Part shown: in pieces, positions 15,370 through 28,917 of the stretch
How the letters are laid out: every line of letters starts with the position of its first letter
Numbering within the stretch: the stretch's first letter is position 1
Assembly: GCF_009914755.1 (NCBI RefSeq)
Contig: NC_060928.1
From: the human T2T-CHM13v2.0 reference genome, Homo sapiens
Length of the DNA stretch: 64,000 bases
Strand: one strand, 5' to 3'
Translations under genes and position numbers: made by a program
Notes under the pieces: model-generated
Seen by the model: the letters and a program-made list of their open reading frames with translations, nothing else
Told to the model about the DNA's origin: nothing
Database searches by the model: none

Positions 15370-16420
15370 CTGCTGTGCGCTGGACTCGCGGCTCGGTGTG
15401 AACAGGATGCTGCGTCTTGCATTTCCTCGGAAACAGGCTCTGTAAATGTCAAGGCAAGCCCTTTGGCTTCCCTTGGAACTACTCATTCTTGCAGAAGCTC
15501 AGCTAGAAGAGGAAGCTGGAGAGCGCGAAGGCAGCTGCCACCTCTTGCACGCGTGGGGGTCTCGGGGTAGCAGGGGCTGCTCTGTGCTGGGCTGGGCCAG
15601 TAGGGGGCGCCCTCCCTGGGAGCAGCAGGGCCTTCCAGAAGGCCAGGGCGGTCTCCGGCGCTCAGACCTCAGCCTGCCTCTCCGCCCCGCCCCTCTTGGG
15701 GGGCATCCCTTCTGTGCACGCCCACGTGTGAGCAGAGAAGCAACTCTCAGAAGCCTTCTGTGTGTTCAGGAAATGTGCGCGGGCGGCTTGTTCCCTTTTG
15801 CTCTGTCTAGGGTGAGCCTAGATGCTGCATCTCAAAGCAGACAGAGGGCTCTTTGGGAGAAGCCAGGTGTACCCGGAGGAGCCCTGAAGAGGTCCTCTGT
15901 GGCCTCAAGGCTAAGGCAGCAGAGAACGTGGGACAGGCAAACAGCAGGGGAGCCACAAGCTGTGCCCTGCAGACCGCTCCTCTTACTGGACTCCGTTCTG
16001 GGTTTTTCTCAATGAGCACGGGGCTGCTCCTGCTCGACCTGTCAGCGGAAGTGGCGCCATATGCTGGACCAGTGGCTGCGCATGCGGATGCGGAGCCTCG
16101 TCCATGACACTCACTGCGCGGGGAATCTGTATTCAAAACGTCTGGTGGATGTGAACAGCAGCAGATACAATAGGGGTTGTCTCTCTTTAATAATACCAGT
16201 GTGTTGGCCAGAGGGTGGGAACAGAAAAGATGCATCCGGGGAATTTGCGGACTTCTTTTGCCAGATTGCTTCAGAAAACCCTGAGGAGGGCAGTAAGAAA
16301 GCTGGGGAGGGGAGACAGGCAGGAGCAGAGGCCCTGGCCCTGCTGCCAGTGCTCCTGGGAGCCCTTCTGTGCGGCCCCCGTGCTCAGTTCATCTATACAG
16401 GGTGTGGGATGGAGCGCAGG
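15370..16420. promoter_or_regulatory. CpG-rich orphan promoter/enhancer-like region
   Basis: Visibly raised GC and CpG density without Alu. GC box ccgccccgcccc (~15681), E-box cacgtg (~15723), ETS gcggaagtg (16045-16053), cgccat YY1-like core, NRF1-type tgcgcatgcg (16077-16086). Confidence 0.65.
15597..15610 (+). promoter_or_regulatory. CTCF consensus site
   Basis: CCAGTAGGGGGCGC matches the CTCF core. Same orientation as the 14107 site. Confidence 0.7.
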
Positions 16421-19400
16421 TCAGGGGACCACTGGCTCCCATCCTAACCAGCACAGCGTAGTGGGTAGAGACAGGAGGAGAAAAGCGGTATCCCCGAGAC
16501 AGAAACATGACAGTGAGCTCCCTGAGCTGACTCTTCACTCCTAGGGATTGCTTAGAAGTTTCCACCACACACCTCCGCCAGCTTCCCACAAGCCAGGTAC
16601 CCGCAAGAGCTGTGGGAACCACCACTACACCCTCAGGGCCTGTCCACTATTCTGCCCACTGTACTCAGCAAAGGGGAAGATGCAGGCGGTCCCGTGCTGA
16701 TCAAGGGAATCCCTGGACTGCAAACTCCCTGGGGACGGACCCAAACTGATGAGTGGGCTTGGCTGTCTAGACCCAGAGACCCTCGGGAGGACTGAATGTT
16801 TCTGGAATGATCCAGGATGGGGCATTCTGCAGCAATTCCCCTGAGGAATTACGTAGGACACCTCTGATGATGAAATTCTCCAAGGGCCAAGAATGAAATT
16901 GCAGAGTGCTGTCAGGTGTCACGGCCCCAGGGAAGGGGAGGGAGTTCGGAAATGTGGAGCTGAATAAAACCATGCTCTGGATTTGCTAGAACAACCCAGA
17001 GGTGGCTGAGTTCCTCCCACTGGGGGGTTATGGTAAGAAAAAAATGTACCCTGTAAGTGTTTGGAAGATACTTTTCTGAGGATGTGGGTGCACAGGAAGG
17101 AAAGAAGGGTCTTTTTAAACTTGCAGTGCCTTCAGATTGGTGGCTTAGATGGTTCTAGGAGGGAAGAAGAGAGAGGTCCCTAATGTGTCTCATTTGAAGA
17201 GTTTTTTGGTGAAGGTCAGTCTGCCCTGCCCTGCCTACCCTGTTCAGTAGCCCGAGCTTTCTGTGTGGACATAGCCAGCAACACAGCCCAGCCCAGCCCT
17301 GCCCAGCTGAGGTTTCTCTGGACTGTAAAGGAGTGAGCTCAGTCAAGGCATCACTGTGGAGTCTGAGATGAGCAGCATGACAGGACACTCCAGGACCAGG
17401 CAGGCGACTGTTGGCATGAATAGGCTGGCCCTCCTCACATGAGTGCTCTTGGTCAGAGCACTATGAGATCAGCTGTCCAGAGCCAAGCCGTCCTTATCTT
17501 GCCATATCAGCAAATATCAGCAAAGGGCCATATCATTGTGGCCCTTCTGGGAGGGAGGTTGTTTATTGAGGAATCAGATCCATGTGTGAGCTACCACTCC
17601 CTGCAGTCTGCAAGTCCAACCCTGTGCCTTTGGGCATCTCTAGGAAGGACTGAGTTACTGTGGGGTACTGGGTGGAAGGACTGGAAAGGTGAGGTGGACT
17701 CTGCCCCGAAGGTTCCTTTGGAAAGTAGTTTCCTTTATTATTACAGTGTTGAAAATTTTGAGGCACTTAAGTGATTGAACCCAATTTAGGGCCAAGGATA
17801 AAAATGTTCGCTGTAGATATTTTTCTGTTATGATTTTGGCTGACCTTATTTCAATGCTGCAGAATGAGATATTCTCAGTTGTTCCATTACCTCAAACTGC
17901 TTGTTAAACAATGTCTTCAGAAGGGGGAAAAAAACCCCAAAACTGGCTGATTAATAAAGTGCTCATGAAAGGGGTGAGATAAGGGAGCTGTCAGACCCAC
18001 ACACAGAGATGCCAAAATGTGGACTCAGCCCGACCTTGGAGACCTGCCTGACACTGTGTGACTTTTGCACGACTTCTCTGTCTCCACAGAGTCGAGATCT
18101 GCTTAGTGCCAAGTGTGATGTGGACACTTGCCTGCTGGATGGAGACAGAAACTCATTTCCCATCTGTCAAGCAGCCTGACACAGAGTTGGTAATGATTTT
18201 CTGTCAGGCGAGGCCTGGCTGGATTTGAACCCGTGACCCAGACGTAAAAGGGCCTGATGTAGGGCTCCCTTTACAATAACTGGCTGCCTGTACCTTGTTA
18301 CTCCCAGCCCAGGACTCTCTCTCACATCTGCCCATGCTTTCTCCTCATGCAGCTGAAGTTTGGTTAGATCCTGACTTAGCACTGGGGCTAAGTGATTGAT
18401 GTCCCTGGGCAAGCAGAAGATGCATTAGTGTCTTAGGGAATGGAAAATGAAAGGTGGAAGAAGAACGGGACGGTGGGACTGCAGTGTGATTAGCGTGTAG
18501 CCAAAAGCCATGTGCTCCTGTGAAGCCAGGGCCTGACCCTCTCAGGATCTGTGCAGCCTGTCGGCCAGCCAGACGGCTCCCATGCAAAGGCCACCAGGAG
18601 TGTGGGTCTGGAGTAATACTGAGTTTAGATTCTCCAGGTGTCAACTATTCTGGTGTTGAAATTGTCATCATTATTCATACTGATAGTTTTCATGAAAAAA
18701 GAGTCCCTTTCAGGGGCATCCATAGATGATTAACATGATGACCCCCGTTCACTGAATGATAATTAAGAGTCACACACCACTCTCCAAAAGCAGTGCTTCA
18801 CAGGTGGAAAATATCTGTCCTCCAGAATCAGAAAAGCAAACTGGAGGGCCTTAAGGGTTAACTCATTATTAAACATTTATTGAAGTTCCTCCTAGCAGAC
18901 AAGTGTTCTATCAGGGTTATAGACATAAGCAAAATGAGGCTCCCATTGAAGAAATTAATCATTTAGAGGGGAAGAGACATGTTGACAAAGAAAACCTGGT
19001 ACAATCTGATAAGTGATATCAATAGCAAGTGAAGAAATTCAGTTGTCATTTGAAAATGAAGGCCTGTGTCTCACGATGGTGGGAAGCATTGAGAGAGCCT
19101 GGGAATTAGAGCAGAGGTAAAATGAAGGGAAGCACAGGTGTTGACCACATCAGAGACCCAGCTGGAATCTAGGCTTTCCCGCTTATAAGCTGTGGGACTT
19201 GGAACCTAGTCTCATGGGCCCTCCACATCCTAAGCTGTAAAATGGGAATAATTACACCAATGTCAAAAATTGCTGTAAGGATTAAATGGGTAAAGCATTT
19301 ATCAGAGTGCCTGGCACATAGTAGGTGATTGATAACTGTCAGCAAAGGGCTTCATGAATTGGACAGGGGCAACACTGCAGGAAAAAAGAATAGCTGGGAA

Positions 19401-21130
19401 AGGTATTTTTAAGAAGGTGGTAGTGGGAAGCAGAAGATGTAGAGGAAAAAGGGGTTTTGCAGATGGAATCAATAGAATTTGGTGACTAACTGGATGTAAA
19501 AAGTGGGATGTGAAGGTTGAGGGGGAGGAGAGCCATGTGGTTGCTATGCCTACAGAGGAAGCTGGTGGAGAGGATGGAACATAGGGAAAGAAAGAAGTTA
19601 TTGAATTTTCACTCAGGGCATGTGGGGTTAGAGGTGCCTGAAGATGCCCAAGTGGGAACATTCGGAATGCAATTAAAAATATGAGCTCAGGGCAACAGAT
19701 TTGGGAGGTCTTGCTGGTTTACAGAAAGTGGCTGACATATGCAAATGGCTCAGATGTTCCCATTGGGAGAACACAGGGTATGGGAAGAAGGATCTGAGAC
19801 CCGATTTTCTGGAAATGGGAACACTAAAAGGGTTAGTAGAAAAGGGGGCCTGGAAGGGTACAGCCAGCCACTCCTGGGTTATGGTGGCAACTGATGGAGT
19901 GGAAAGGTGACAATTCATCTTGGACACAATTAGAGCAGGAGGTGCAGCCCTCTGGGAGGGCCGTGACCACCAAGCAACTGCCCTAGGAGCAGCCCCAGAG
20001 TTGTAGCTCCTCTCTGACAGGTGTTAGGCAATTGGAGTCAATGAGGGTAGCTCTGTCTGTCAGCCGCATTGCCAGATGGTTCTCAGCTGGACTCAGCGCA
20101 TTTGGAGGAGTTGGGCAAAATCTCTACTTGGTGTTCTTTGCAGTAGGTAGGAAAAGGCAAGCAGCAACAGTGGGCCTGGAGGACCTTTCAATACGCACTT
20201 GCCCCTTTGTGTTCTTGGGGAGGCCTGCTGGAAGCCAGGGAGGCCTGTTGCTACAGCCATCTTAAAATCCAGAATCCAGTGTCTTCATTAACTAATGAAG
20301 TAGACACTCACACCTTGGTCACTTCCTGACTTGATTAGTAATGTTTAATGGGCACCATAGTAGATCTTTTGCATAGATTAGAAGTCATGCAGAATAGAGC
20401 CTGACATGTGCCAACACACTTCGACTCCACACACCCAATATGGTTTGCCCATCCATTGTTGAATAACAATCATAGCTGGCACTCATTGAGTTCTTGCCAG
20501 GCACGGTAACAAGCTGTTTGCTGGAATTATCTCATTCGACCCTAATAACAACCCTATGATGTTACATAATTCTCACATTGGCTTCATAAGCAGATAAGTG
20601 AACTCTTCAAGTGACAGTTTGCTTCTTCTTCAGCATGCACAAGACTTCTCAGGCGTGGACAGATTAGCTGCTAAGAGGGAGGGGGATTGTCAGAATGCAC
20701 CACACATGAGACAACAATAGCAGTGGGGCCCAGAGTTGGAAGTCTTGGTAAACATTTATTTGTGGAAAAGAAACTGAGTAAGTTCTAGCCATGTTGGCAA
20801 AACCAGCCCAGGAGACCACACTGACAGCAGTGCTCTCTGTGAGCACACAGAATCAGAGTCCAGACTTCCAGCAATGAGCACAAGTCAACATCGTTACAAA
20901 AATTTCAAGTTTAGAATAGCAGATAACAAGGAAATGACCCATTTCTAGGGTGGAGGGCAGGGTCCATTTCCTCATCATGTTGTCTTTTACTACCAGTGAA
21001 CTCTGAGACCTGGTATATATGTCAGAAACCCAAGGCTCTTTCCTTCCAACTGTCTGGAATTTCTGAGTTGTAGGGCTTTTGACTCACTCCACATGAAGAC
21101 AGAACATCCTGTATTAAAACTTTCATTGAG

Positions 21131-21395
<265 letters not shown>

Positions 21396-21721
21396 TCAAG
21401 AAGTTCAGAATCATTGCGACTTTCCAGAATTTTAGCACATGAGAAAACAAGATCTTCCAAGAACTATGAGGTTTTTGGGCTGTCATGGAGTCTACTTAGT
21501 GGTTAGACATGTGGGCTCTTGGAGTCAGGAAAAGTTGAATTTGAATCCCAACTCCACCACTAAAAGAGTTGTGAGGCTTGCATTCCCTGCTTACTGTTTG
21601 GTCTCAGTTTCCTTACCTGTTCAATGCAGATAATAATGGTACGTATCCTACTAGGGTTGTTGAAAGAATTAAATGAAAAATTCGAGTAAAAAATTTAGTA
21701 CTGGCCTGTCGTGTAGAGGTA

Positions 21722-21862
21722 TGCTGGGGTTGGCTGTACCAGCTTGTGAGAGCCAATGGTGCACATCTCTTCCTAACTCTGCCTTCGGTGCTGGTAGCTT
21801 GAAACCAGCCCAGTCAGGAGCATTTATACTCCAGCAATTGGCAAGTGCTGCAAATCAGAGCA
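21722..21862. mobile_element. MER63-like DNA transposon fragment (hAT-Blackjack)
   Basis: gagagccaatggtgcacatctcttcctaactc...ggtagcttgaaacc...gcaattggcaagtgctgcaaatcag resembles MER63. Confidence 0.55.
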
Positions 21863-23279
21863 ACTAGTATGAATTGTAGCAACTATCGTTACAATCCCCC
21901 ATTCCATCTGAATATGTATTAACTTATATTTGGATGTAATGGTTTGAGAATGAATTCCATGTTCTGTGGGAAGTATTCTCTCCCCAAGATTTCCAGGAGC
22001 TTCCATTCTTCTGATCATCTCATGCACAGAATTCCTGCCTATGACTTGGTGTCTTTATTACTGGAATGCTTGCTTCCTGTCCTCTATATACCCTCTTGGT
22101 GGATGCTGAACGTTTTACTTCATTTTCTCCCAAATGAACAAAAAGCTCTGATGTAAGGCAGATTTTCACTAAAGTTTTTTTTTTTTTTTGAGTGGGGAGG
22201 AAGGGAGGGGACACAAGTGTTTTAGAACTGCAAAAAGTGCAAATAACTTAAACTAACAATGCTGCTGCTGATAGCAACCACTGCCATTGCCACCACCGTC
22301 ACCACTCACACAGGTCACTAAGTATGTGCCAGGCCTGCTCCTAAATGCTCTGCGTGTATTGATGTATTTAGTCGCTGTCTTCAGGAGGCCCTTGCCATTA
22401 CTGCCATCAGACATTTCTGTGTCTTTCCTCCTCAGTCTTCAGCCATACTGCTAAAAAGTCTACTGCTAAAAGCTTCTATTTCTCTTTTTTCTTCTCTTCT
22501 CTCCATTCTTGAACGTCTCAGCCCTTCTTTCCGTGCTGTCTACTCTCACCCCAAGTTCCCCTCACATCACTTTGTAGAACAATTTGATTCTTGTCTTGCC
22601 TTCACCCACCTAGGTTGTGCTTAAGCCTTCCTCTTTCTTTCTCATGATGAAAAAGAGGTTTTTCTTGACAAACGTCCAATAGCCTAGACATGACTTATGC
22701 TGTTCCCTCAAGAAGAAGGACAGGTCGCACCAGTTTGTGTTACATGCTTATTATAAGCCCTCCAAAATGTGATCAAAGTAAAATGTAAAATTATACACCA
22801 CCTCTGCATTTCTACTTCCTTGAAGTAAACACTGTGAAATATAGTCTAAAAATGGTTAAAATGCTCCTACTTAATAATTTTGTGGCTTTGGGCAAGCTAC
22901 TTAGTCTGTGATTCAGTCTTGTCATCTATAAAACAGGGTTAATATTACCTACGTCATAAGGTTGGTGAGGGTAAAATGAGATAATGTTCAGTGCCTGGAA
23001 AAGTACTAGGGATAAAGGAAGAGCTCAATAAATGGTAGTTATAATTATCCTTCCAAATGTTTTTTAAGCATGTAGTGTCCCTACAGATATGTAACATTTT
23101 AGTTAATGAAAATATCGGATCTGTAAAAATAGGATCAAAAATGCATATTTTTTCCTGAAATGTACTTTTTCCTCCCCCTCAACAAAATACTGCTATTCCA
23201 AGGCAGTCTACCCTCACTCCTTTAAATTGGTCCAAATGTTCTAAAGAAGGCACCATTGATTATTTAAACGCTTCCCTGA

Positions 23280-23700
23280 TTCGGGGAATTTGGGTGTTCT
23301 TTGTGGTCTTACCAATACTCCGAACACATCCTTGTCAGTGGACTCTTGTGCACTTATTTCTGCAGGGTAGACTCCCAGAAATGCAAGAGTTGGGTTGAAG
23401 GGCACATATATTTAAGCTTTGGATAGTAGTGTTAAATAGCCCACCACAAATTCCATCTCATTTACACTCCCACTACAGGGCAGAAGTGCCCTGCCCCACA
23501 CTCTGTCAGTATTTGAATATTATGAAACTTTAAACTTTTTGTCAATCTTTTTCATGGGTGAAAAATAGTATCTCATTTAAATGTACATTTCCCTGATCCA
23601 TGGTAAGTTTGAATATTCTAAAATGTCTATTATTCGTTTTTATTTTGTCTTCTATAAATTAGCCATTTATATCATTTGCTTGTTTTCTACTGTACTTAAA
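23280..23700 (-). mobile_element. Ancient L1M 3' fragment
   Basis: Antisense L1M motifs (atttctgcagggtagactcccagaaatg; atttacactcccact; gtatctcattt). Confidence 0.55.
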
Positions 23701-24124
23701 AGTCAAATACTCCCTTCTCTCTCCCTGACATTTAGGGAACAGCTTTTCCAGGACATACCTGAATCCTCATATTGCCTCATTCCAAGTTCAGAAATGTGAG
23801 CTCACCTAAATGAGAGGGAAGTAGAAGTGATGATGCTTGTCAGGTTATATAGCCATCTCGGGGAATATGGCTTTTTAAAGCTTCCCATGGCCATTGCAAG
23901 TAGATCTTAGGGCACATTTGGAAAGTTAGAGAATGAACAGAGCTAGCTGCATTTCTGTGAATTTTGGGATTGGGGAGAGAAGAGAAAAGAAGGGAGGTGG
24001 GCGGGGAGAGCAGGTAACAGGGCAGGTAGATGGAGCCTTTGGGGAGGGAGGGGTGGTCAGTGAGAAATTCCAGATGGCTGGTGGCTGGCAGATGGGCAGG
24101 AACAGGATGTACAGTAGTCATTTA

Positions 24125-24440
<316 letters not shown>

Positions 24441-25959
24441 GTTTGTACATCCCCAGACTTTCAGTGTGTTGAGACTTCTGTAGTGATCAAGTAACTGGAG
24501 CTGAATTCCATGTCTGGGTGGATGAAGTTCACAGAAGAGAACAGCCATGGCGTTTGAGATGCCGGAGAGTTCAGAAGTGGGTGGAGATCTGGGAGAGCCC
24601 GTTTCAGGTGATTTGGATGAGGACCCTATGATCCAGCATGACCCTGTGATTTCAGTGCCTTTGTTTGCACTCGTGTTGACAACCACACCACACCCTGCTA
24701 GAGTGACAGTGTTCAATGTTTAATACAGAGTTTCTCATAATCAGGTTTGAAGAGAAGTTCTCCAGAGTCTACAAAATTTTTTTCCCTTTAAATGGGTTTT
24801 GCATTTTACTCACATTTGAGAAAAACTGTCCTATAGTGCAACTAAGATTTGTTAAAGAAAGTCTTATAAGACCTTTCATATATTGCCTGTATACAAACTG
24901 ACGATGATAATTTTTATCTAGTTTTTAAAGTAAGTACATCAGAATTTCTATAAGGAAATCTTTTATTTTTTATGTATATAAAGCTTTCATCAATTCAGAT
25001 CGATCTAACTTGATTTAGCTTAAATTACTGAGGGTCTATTGTTCTGTCAAGGCATGCAAGATGAAAGTTGCTTGCATATCATACCTGCAGTCTTGCCTTG
25101 GAGAGTTAATATTTACACAGCTATGAAGTAATATATTCCTATGAGGAGCACAAGGCAGTGCTTCACAGTTTATTCACAATAGGAATTGTAGTAAAAGAGT
25201 CAGTTTTCCTTATAAATTAATAATGACCCGATATAGAGAAGAGTGCTTGTAATTGTGAAGGTTCATGTCCTACCTATTAAGATCACAATTTGAAAAGTCA
25301 ATACACATTTTTTGGCTACTACTTTGAGCCAGGCATTGTGCGAGGCACAGTAGAAAAACAGAAATGTTTACTGCACTGGAGGAGACAGCAATATAAACTA
25401 ATGATTAAACTATGCAGAGGTTTCAGAAGACTTGAGGGACACGTTGTAAGGACATGTCAAAGGACGCAAGTATGGCACTGGCTTGGGAAGTCTTCATGGA
25501 GGAGGTGACATTTTTGTCAGGCTTCCAGGGGAAGAGGATTTCTATGCCAAGAAGACAGCAAAGACAAGAACACAAAGGTATGAAATTCTATACAAGGTAG
25601 CTTGCTCATCAAAGAAACACTGGTGTTGGGAATGGCATTCTAAGGTTTATCATTCCTATTTCTCAAAACTGAAATTCAGATCACTTACATTTTGTCCCTT
25701 CTGCTGCATATGTTTTCCTTTTGGTCCTAAACCTTGATGCAGAGAAAATATCTCTCATAAAAAGGCAAGGGCTACCTCTAGATTTTAACATCATGGTGTG
25801 GTGGAGGTACCCATAGAAATACCCGGGAGACTATGAAGTTTACATCTATATAACGACAAATGACATAACGGTGCAGAAATGAATCAAGAGAAATCTAAAG
25901 ACACTTAGAAGGCATCACAAGGCCATCTGAAATCAGGTTAAAAATAAGCCACAGTTTCT

Positions 25960-28470
25960 CTTGTGATTTCTGAAACATTCTTTGTTTAATCATATAATTA
26001 TTTTCATCTTCCAGTCATCATAAATAATCCACTTTATGACTTAACCAATCCTTTTGAAAAAATTTGGTATTTAGCACAAACACTGAACATTAGCTAGAGG
26101 TGTGTTAATTTTTAACAGAATAGGGAAAAATTTTAAAAAACCCACAAAAATTTTAATACTAAGAAAAAACATGAAAATACCAACATTATTACCCATTAAA
26201 AAATCTAATTTTGTAACAACCATTAAAAAAAATCCAGGTGGAAAAATGAGTAAACATAAATATAATCTAATGTATTTCTTTCATAAATACATTTAGACAA
26301 AACAAATGCATAAAACAGATAGCTTTACAGTGTATAAACATAACAAAATATTTTAAGCTCTGAATAATTAAATCCCAATAAGCATGAATTAAAAATAAAT
26401 TTTGATTTTATTTTTTGTTCTTTATGAAAAAATATGCCAAGGAATTTGTGTAAAAAAAAGAAATAGGCATAAACATATCACTAACGCCACCAAAGTTCAC
26501 TATGTAAAGATTATTTGAAAACAAAGCACATTTTTAAAGCAAACGATAAAATGTTATCATAGCATTTTCAGTTGAATTTTATCCCATGATCACACCTACT
26601 ATAGGTGTTAGACAATAGAGGTAGATAAGTTGGGGGCGGGGATCAGTATTTTAATGTTAGGGAGAAAGATTTTTATGATAGGGCAGATAGATGACAGACA
26701 GACAGACACTTCCATTTACTCCAAAATTCAAAGAAACTTGTAGGAACAAAACCTAAGAGCCTTCCTGTGCTCCATAGGTAAGCACAATTACCTAAGCAAA
26801 ATTACTGTAGTTTTAGACACAAGTAAAATTCTTTATAACAGTGTGTACTACAGCCTGGTTAGCATAGATTTTTGCAGGATCTGGCATTAGCCTTAAAATT
26901 CACACTGAGAATAACTCTTATGAAGTTTATTCAATGACATTGACAAAAGATGAGACCTGGTAGTAACAATAATATAAATTTACACAGTAGATAAACTTGG
27001 TGAGTTTCTAAGGAATGATTTTTTGTTGTGGGCATAATAACGAAACAACAAAAACAGCTGCTGAGGACATAGCACGGCCTCAGTGAGACCCAGGATGCCA
27101 ATATTGTCTATCAAATCAAGAGAGGACGTGTAAGAGGATGTGACAGGACGGCATGGGGGAAACACAGAAAAGTGTTCTCGTAGTTCTATACGTGGCTTCA
27201 TTCTCTACTTGGGTCCAGTTACAGTTCTTGCAGCTATAGCAGAAGCAAATATTGGACACTCATTTGAAAGCTGCTGCCCCGTTGGGAACTAATTTTACTT
27301 GATATTTTGGTTATTAAATGGTTTTGCATGTTCTTTTCATCTGGAGAGACAGAATGTGTATATGTAACATTTGTTTGCATCCATGACCTTTATATTTTCA
27401 TTTATTCATGAAAGCAATATGATTTAACTTTTAAAAAAATATTGCCAACATTTGTCAAATCTGCCAAGGAAATTTTCATTAATAAATTGTCTCAAATACC
27501 TTAAGTGTGCTTAATTCCAGGATGTAACAGGCTGCTTTTGGCCAACAGGGGCAATCTGGAAAGTGCTCAGCACATCTGCGTAATAGGAAAAAAATTTGGT
27601 CTGGGTTGTGGAATGTGAATAGAATCTACCATTAATTGATGCTGCTTTCAAACTGATTGTAACATTTTTGTGCCTCATATTTGGCTGTTATGAGTGTGTA
27701 AGTGCAAGACAGAAATTATTGAATAAAGAGGAAGAAGATATTAAGATATATTTTAAAGACCCTGAAAATCAAATCACAGAGTTTAACTCAAAATTTCACA
27801 TGATTTCACTCATAATTCAAACATTCAGACCCTTTCTTTGAAGCAGCTTATAATAAATTTAAGACATATAACCACAATCTCTCATAATGGGAGTGAGGAA
27901 TTTCTGTGTGGAAACTATTTGAAGGAATGTCTTTAAAAATGATGTCAAGGAATGCATATATCTTACGCTTTTCAGCATCTATTCGATCTATGACCCCTGC
28001 TGAGTTGATAAGGAAGAGGCATGTCACAGTCGTAGAAAAAAAGAATCACACAGTAAATCAAAGTATGCATGAATAAGACTTTGGAAATTTTCACTGTCAT
28101 CAGAAGGGCATTTTCCTGATGGTGTGACCTCATTTCAAACATTACAGTAACTACTATAGGGTTGTATTACACAAAGGTGCTGCAGGGAAAGCATGTTTGC
28201 TTTTTGTCACTTACCATGACTGATTCCTGCATTAGGAAAGCAAAATTAACCCCCAAATATTGTACCACCCCTGGCAGTAATCAACAAAGCATATTTTGGA
28301 AATAACGCTCTTGTCAAATACATTTTAAGGCACTTAAACAGGATCTCATATTTTTGTGTAAAAAAATAAAATATGCATTGAGGCAACATTCACAAGTACA
28401 AGTCTTCAGAATTGCTAGTATGTACAATCCTGTACATATATACATTGCTACAGAAAGTCCACCTCCTTTG
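25960..28470 (-). other. SLC10A7: SLC10A7 3'UTR (distal end approximate)
   Basis: AT-rich, repeat-poor sequence following the stop. Minus-strand AATAAA at 27401-27406, 26926-26931 and 26407-26412, and ATTAAA at 25985-25990. Confidence 0.65.
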
Positions 28471-28500
28471 TTATACTGTCGGCCTTGTCAGCTTCACTCC
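28471..28500 (-). CDS. SLC10A7: SLC10A7 terminal exon, coding part (GVKLTRPTV*)
   Basis: Minus strand ttttccttccttgtag|GGA GTG AAG CTG ACA AGG CCG ACA GTA TAA. Phase 0 matches exon 11. Recalled SLC10A7 C-terminus. Confidence 0.93.
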   Translation of the reverse strand, partial: GVKLTRPTV

Positions 28501-28833
28501 CTACAAGGAAGGAAAACATGTTCAGAGTTGGACAGTATCCATGAGGAAAGTGAAAGCATCAATTAACACCAGATAATTTATGCTATTAGAAGGAAGAAGA
28601 GGCCCACCCAGATGGCATCATATAACCAATAATCCAAACCTCTGGATACGAACAGATTTCCCTGCCCACCTCTCTGGCCAGCAGACTTTGTCTTTTCCCC
28701 CTCCCACACCTGGCCTGGCTACTCGTATGGTTCCCCTGTGCACTAGATGGTAGCCTTGGGTCTCAATCAGTACTGTGTGCAAAGCAGAGGAGGCACTCAT
28801 GGATACCTGGAGGATGGACTCTTGGTATTTATT

Positions 28834-28917
28834 TTAATGCCCAAATTTGATGGATAGATATTCCAAGCCTTCTGGATTATTCAAGTTAGCCAGTGGCCCC
28901 CTGGTTTGGAGTAGTTT
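28834..28917 (-). CDS. SLC10A7: SLC10A7 alternative cassette exon (11'), coding KLLQTRGPLANLNNPEGLEYLSIKFGH*; the exon extends to 28807
   Basis: Acceptor ttttccttTGTGTAG|AAA at 28918/28917, in phase with exon 11. Stop TAA at 28836-28834. Donor CAG|gtatcc at 28807/28806. Matches my recollection of a longer SLC10A7 isoform. Confidence 0.75.
   Translation of the reverse strand, partial: KLLQTRGPLANLNNPEGLEYLSIKFGH

Noticed and set aside
15446-16544. Cluster of 84-189 aa ORFs on both strands
   Set aside because: Expected in GC-rich DNA. No recognisable domain or consistent exon structure.
28618-28800. 60-aa minus-strand ORF between exon 11' and the last SLC10A7 exon
   Set aside because: Lies in a 306-nt intron after a stop codon, with no supporting splice sites or homology.
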